The notes under the pieces are model-generated. The model searched no databases. It saw only the letters and a program-made list of their open reading frames with translations, and was not told the DNA's origin. A stretch of 64,000 nucleotides of DNA from assembly GCF_009914755.1 (NCBI RefSeq), contig NC_060947.1; one strand, written 5' to 3'. The position numbers and the translations under genes were made by a program. This document shows positions 56,313 through 64,000 of the stretch, in pieces (position 1 is the first letter of the stretch; the number at the start of each line of letters is the position of its first letter). This DNA is from the human T2T-CHM13v2.0 reference genome, Homo sapiens.

Positions 56313-57953
56313 AATGGAAAAAAGTTTGGTTTTTGATGCGTTATGTTTGAGGACCTTATCTGATATTTGTATGGAAACATTGATTAGGTGGTTGGATAGG
56401 TGAGCTTGGAATTCAGAGGAGAGGCCTGAGTGGACCTTTGACTGATCAATGGTAGAGGCTCAGGTGGCTATGTGGAGGCAGAGCCCTAGACCGCTTGGAC
56501 TTCTCCTCCTATACCTCTGTTCTCAGGCCTGGGGCAGGACTTGGGTGTGGGATCCATCCTTAGTGGATAAAGCTATGCTTCCTCCTCCCTTTGCTGTCCT
56601 GTCTTCCTCAGCTCCTAGTCTCTCTGTGCTAGTCTTTCTTTGGGCACCCAGAGTTAGGCAACTCTGGGTGCCTCTCATGTACTTTTCCTTAGAAGTCCTA
56701 GGAGAGTAGCAGCAGAGATAAGGAGCAGGCTGAACTCCTGAGCTGAGTGGAGACTGGGTGCAGTCACCCCAGAGCTTTCAGGGTCACTGTCTATTGGCAT
56801 CATCTTCAGAAACAACTTATAAGAAGAAAGTACCGGGGATGCTGCAATTAGAGTTTTCTTTGAACCAATGTGTACAATTAACATCTTCTTTGGAGGTCAC
56901 ATTTCTCATGTTTGCAGAAAGGATTTCTTCCCCTATGATGCTGTAGCAACATGTAGAAGTCAAGTAAAACAGTGTGTAAATACTGGAGCCTTTCTTGGAT
57001 GTTTGCCTGAGTGTTTCTTTCTGATTCTCCATTTTCTATCCTGATGTTGTGAGGGCCCAGAGGGCACTATCTGCTCTTTGCTATTCCTAATGCAAAGGGT
57101 CTCTCGGTTTTTCCATACCCAGAAACTTCCAGATTGCTTAACTCCATATATTTTTAGCAGCCCAACTTGGTGCCTATGGATTGGAGAAGGAGCTGCTGTT
57201 TCCTGGGTGTGTGGCAATATCACAAATGCTCTTGCCATGTGGCCAGCAGCCAATCCCCGACAAAGTCTAGTTTGGGTGCCCTGGTACACATGGAGATGCT
57301 CTAGTTATTAATCAGAATGAGCGCTCTTCTTTCCTTGCCAACCAGCACTGTTCCTGAACCCTGCTCTTACGGAGTGTACATTATGTACATGGATACACTC
57401 GTAGGAAACATGGAATTATTTATTTTCTCATCAAGTTATCCTGACCTAATTGCATAGAAACCTTATGGAGCTTTGGAAATCTTCTGTTTATGAGTCACAG
57501 AAATTAACTTTCTCTTCATAAGAGCTCTTTATAGAAAGAAAAAAAATAGAGCCAAATGCCTTTTCTTTGAACTGAAGTTGCCTGTCTGTGACTCGCTGAA
57601 ACCTGAACCTGGATGTCTGTTAGTCTTAGCCTTAGCTTTAGCTTTGAATTTAAATGATTCAGCCATGTTACCCAAGAGAAGGCCTAAAGCAAATGTCCCA
57701 ACCTGGACCTCACCCATTTTTGAACTCAGTTTTTTTCTCCCTTGTCCCCATTGTCTAAGTGGCCTCCAAAAAGACTATGGGAAATCCATAGGGCTCTGTA
57801 AGTGGCCATCCAGTATCTTATAAAAACCTTCAGAGACCCCAGATATGGAGGAGATTATGATGTCTCCTGACAGTCTGTGTAAATCAACTAAAAGCAACAT
57901 TAAACTGAAAATAAGTGCAACAAATTCCTGGTTTTCCCATAATGATTGCTTCA

Positions 57954-59760
<1,807 letters not shown>

Positions 59761-60687
59761 TGAGCAACCAAATCAGAAGTGCTTTCAACTACTTTTTTGG
59801 GGTGCTTTCAAAGCAAAGGGGGTGTCTGTGCTTTGCAGGAACCCTAAGCATGGGTTGAATCTGTCTATTGGGATAAGTCATTACTGTTGTCAGTGAACAT
59901 TTTGCGACCCCATTTAGCTCCAAAAGTAACTGGGCATAAAATGTATTCTGGGGATGTTCATGATCATTTTATAAGTTTAAGCTTCCTGGAACAACCTTTA
60001 AGCGATCTATTTTCTACTTGAAAGGACTGAGCTTACAGTTTGATTTCATTTCCATTAGAAATCAGAAGGTATCTTTTATCAGAGCTGAGGCAGTACGCAA
60101 CTGTTGATCATAGGATGGGTTGGGAGAGATGAAACTTCGTCACATTGGATCTGGGGACCTCAGGCAAGTGGGTAGATTAGAGCTAAGATGCAGAGCAATA
60201 TGGGTACATAAGGCAGTAGAGCAAAGCCCAGCAGGCCCAAATCAAGGGCTACACAAGCCCTGGTGGTGAGGGTGAGCAGTGAGACTGAAAGCAGGTGGGC
60301 ATATGGGAACCATCCTCCAAACTGAAAAGAATATGCTAAATGGGAAGTAGCTTTATGGGCGGGGACCAGGGGTGGGACACAGTAGAAGGTCAGGAAACAC
60401 AAGACTCCAATGAGAAGACCTAGAGAACTTAGACCAAATGTTAGGTTTGTCTAAAAGTTTGTTATACTCCTTGGTATTACAAGAACCAGTCACAGGCTGT
60501 GGACAGCCCAGCACAGGTAGGTGTGAATAGCTAAGTGGTGGACCCTGGCTGAAGGGGAAACTGAGGGGGCAGGGAGCCGAATAGCTACTGACTGATTCAC
60601 TTGGTCTTGTGAGCCATATGTAACAGTGTGTGTTTCATGCGAGATACAGATTAAAATGAATATTTTTAAGTAAATATTTAACTGTAA

Positions 60688-60855
<168 letters not shown>

Positions 60856-60949
60856 TAAGTTTTGTATTTTTTGTAGGGACGGGGTTTCACCATGTTGCCC
60901 AGGCCTATCTTGAACTCCTGAGCTCAAGTGATCTGCCTGCTTCAGCCTC

Positions 60950-60987
60950 TGTTTTAGTCAGGGTCCTCTAGAGGGACAAAACTAACA

Positions 60988-61036
<49 letters not shown>

Positions 61037-61229
61037 TATATATATATACACATATATATATACACATATATATATATACACATATATATATACACATATA
61101 TATATATACACATATATATATACACATATATATATATACACATATATATATACACATATATATATACACATATATATATACACATATATATATACACATA
61201 TATATATACACACACATATATATATACAC

Positions 61230-61294
<65 letters not shown>

Positions 61295-61703
61295 CACACA
61301 CACACATACGGGAGTTTATTAAGTATTAACTCATATGATCACAAGGTCCCACAATAGGCCATCTGCAAACTGAGGAGCAAGGAGAGCCAGTCCAAGTCCC
61401 AAAACTGAAGAACTTGGAGTCTGATGTTCAAGGGCAGGAAGCATTCAGCATGGGAGAAAGATGTAGGCCACGAGGCTAGGCCAGCCTAGCCTTTTCACAT
61501 TTTTTTTTTCTGCCTGCTATATATTCTAGCTGCACTGGCTGCTGATTAGATGGTGCCCACCCACATTAAGGATGGGTCTGCCTTTCCCAGCCCACTGACT
61601 CCAGTGTTAATCTATTTTTGGCAACACCCTCACAGACACACCCAGGATCAATACTTTGCATCCTTCAATCCAATCAAGTTGACACTCAGTATTAACCATC
61701 ACA
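60950..61703 (-). mobile_element. MLT2A1 solo LTR (HERV-L)
   Basis: reverse strand begins tgtgatggttaatactgagtgtcaacttgattggattgaaggatgcaaagtattg; perfect 5-bp TSD gcctc. Confidence 0.9.
60990..61308. repeat. Compound (TA)n/(CA)n microsatellite with higher-order periodicity
   Basis: ~320 bp of uninterrupted alternating purine-pyrimidine. Confidence 0.95.
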
Positions 61704-62081
61704 GCCTCCCAAAGTGCTGGGATTACAGGTGTGAGCCACCGCACTCATCCCCTGCTTCCCCAACAGTAATTCATTTTGTCCAGGGCATCTAAGACCATGG
61801 GACAGTCCAGGACCTGAGTGTTAAACATGTTCACAGCATCCCTACTGGCAAAGGTGCTGGCTTGTCTAATATACAGACTCAATCCATGCTTAGGGCATAT
61901 GGCTCTGAGCCCCACCCAGTCTCATATCTGGAAGGTCAACTCCTGGGCTTGTCACTTTCCCATGGACCCTGAGTGGCTCGCATTCCCCTTTGGAGGCCAT
62001 GAAATTTGGCGCCACAGCAGTTCTGTGGTCTCACGATATGTCCTGCCAATGCCTTCTTGTGATGCTCCTGAGATCAGATAA

Positions 62082-63825
<1,744 letters not shown>

Positions 63826-63827
63826 CG

Positions 63828-64000
63828 GCTGGGTGCGGTGGCTCACCCCTGTAATCCCAGCACTTTGGGAGGCCGAGGCGGCCAGATTGCTTGGGCTCAG
63901 GAGTTCAAGACAAGCCTGGAAGCCTGGACAACATGGTGAAACTCCATCTCTACAGAAAAAAAAAAAATACAGAAATTAGCCAGACGTGGTGGCATGTGCC
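63828..64000 (+). mobile_element. Alu (runs off the window end)
   Basis: ggctgggtgcggtggctcacccctgtaatcccagc. Confidence 0.9.

Noticed and set aside
60954-61307. ORFs of 107-117 aa (VYIYIC...)
   Set aside because: Translations of a dinucleotide microsatellite.

Overview
This window is primate genomic DNA. An SVA element restricts it to hominoids, so it is human or ape. It is extremely Alu-dense (roughly 70 full or partial copies) and CpG-depleted, and I recognise no protein-coding exon, RNA gene or CpG island, so it reads as intergenic or deep intronic. The longer ORFs in the track are Alu, L1, SVA or microsatellite translations. Recognisable elements include nested LTRs (MER51A, MER57, MLT1/MLT2, an LTR47-like element, MLT2A1), L1PA/L1M, L2 and L3 fragments, MIRs, hAT DNA transposons (MER30, MER3, MER5A1) and a full-structure antisense SVA. 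The most notable structure not explained by known repeats is an inverted duplication (~7096-7876 vs ~29597-30193, ~22 kb apart). Its outer 143 bp are ~98% identical while the rest is visibly much more diverged, which suggests gene conversion or an inversion breakpoint. I also found a second small inverted duplication (49094-49473 vs 52398-52471), a perfect 19-bp hairpin, a templated 17-20 bp insertion and a CpG-retaining candidate exon/promoter near 20.2-20.6 kb. Repeat subfamily names come from my recall of consensus sequences, not from a RepeatMasker run, and boundaries are approximate.
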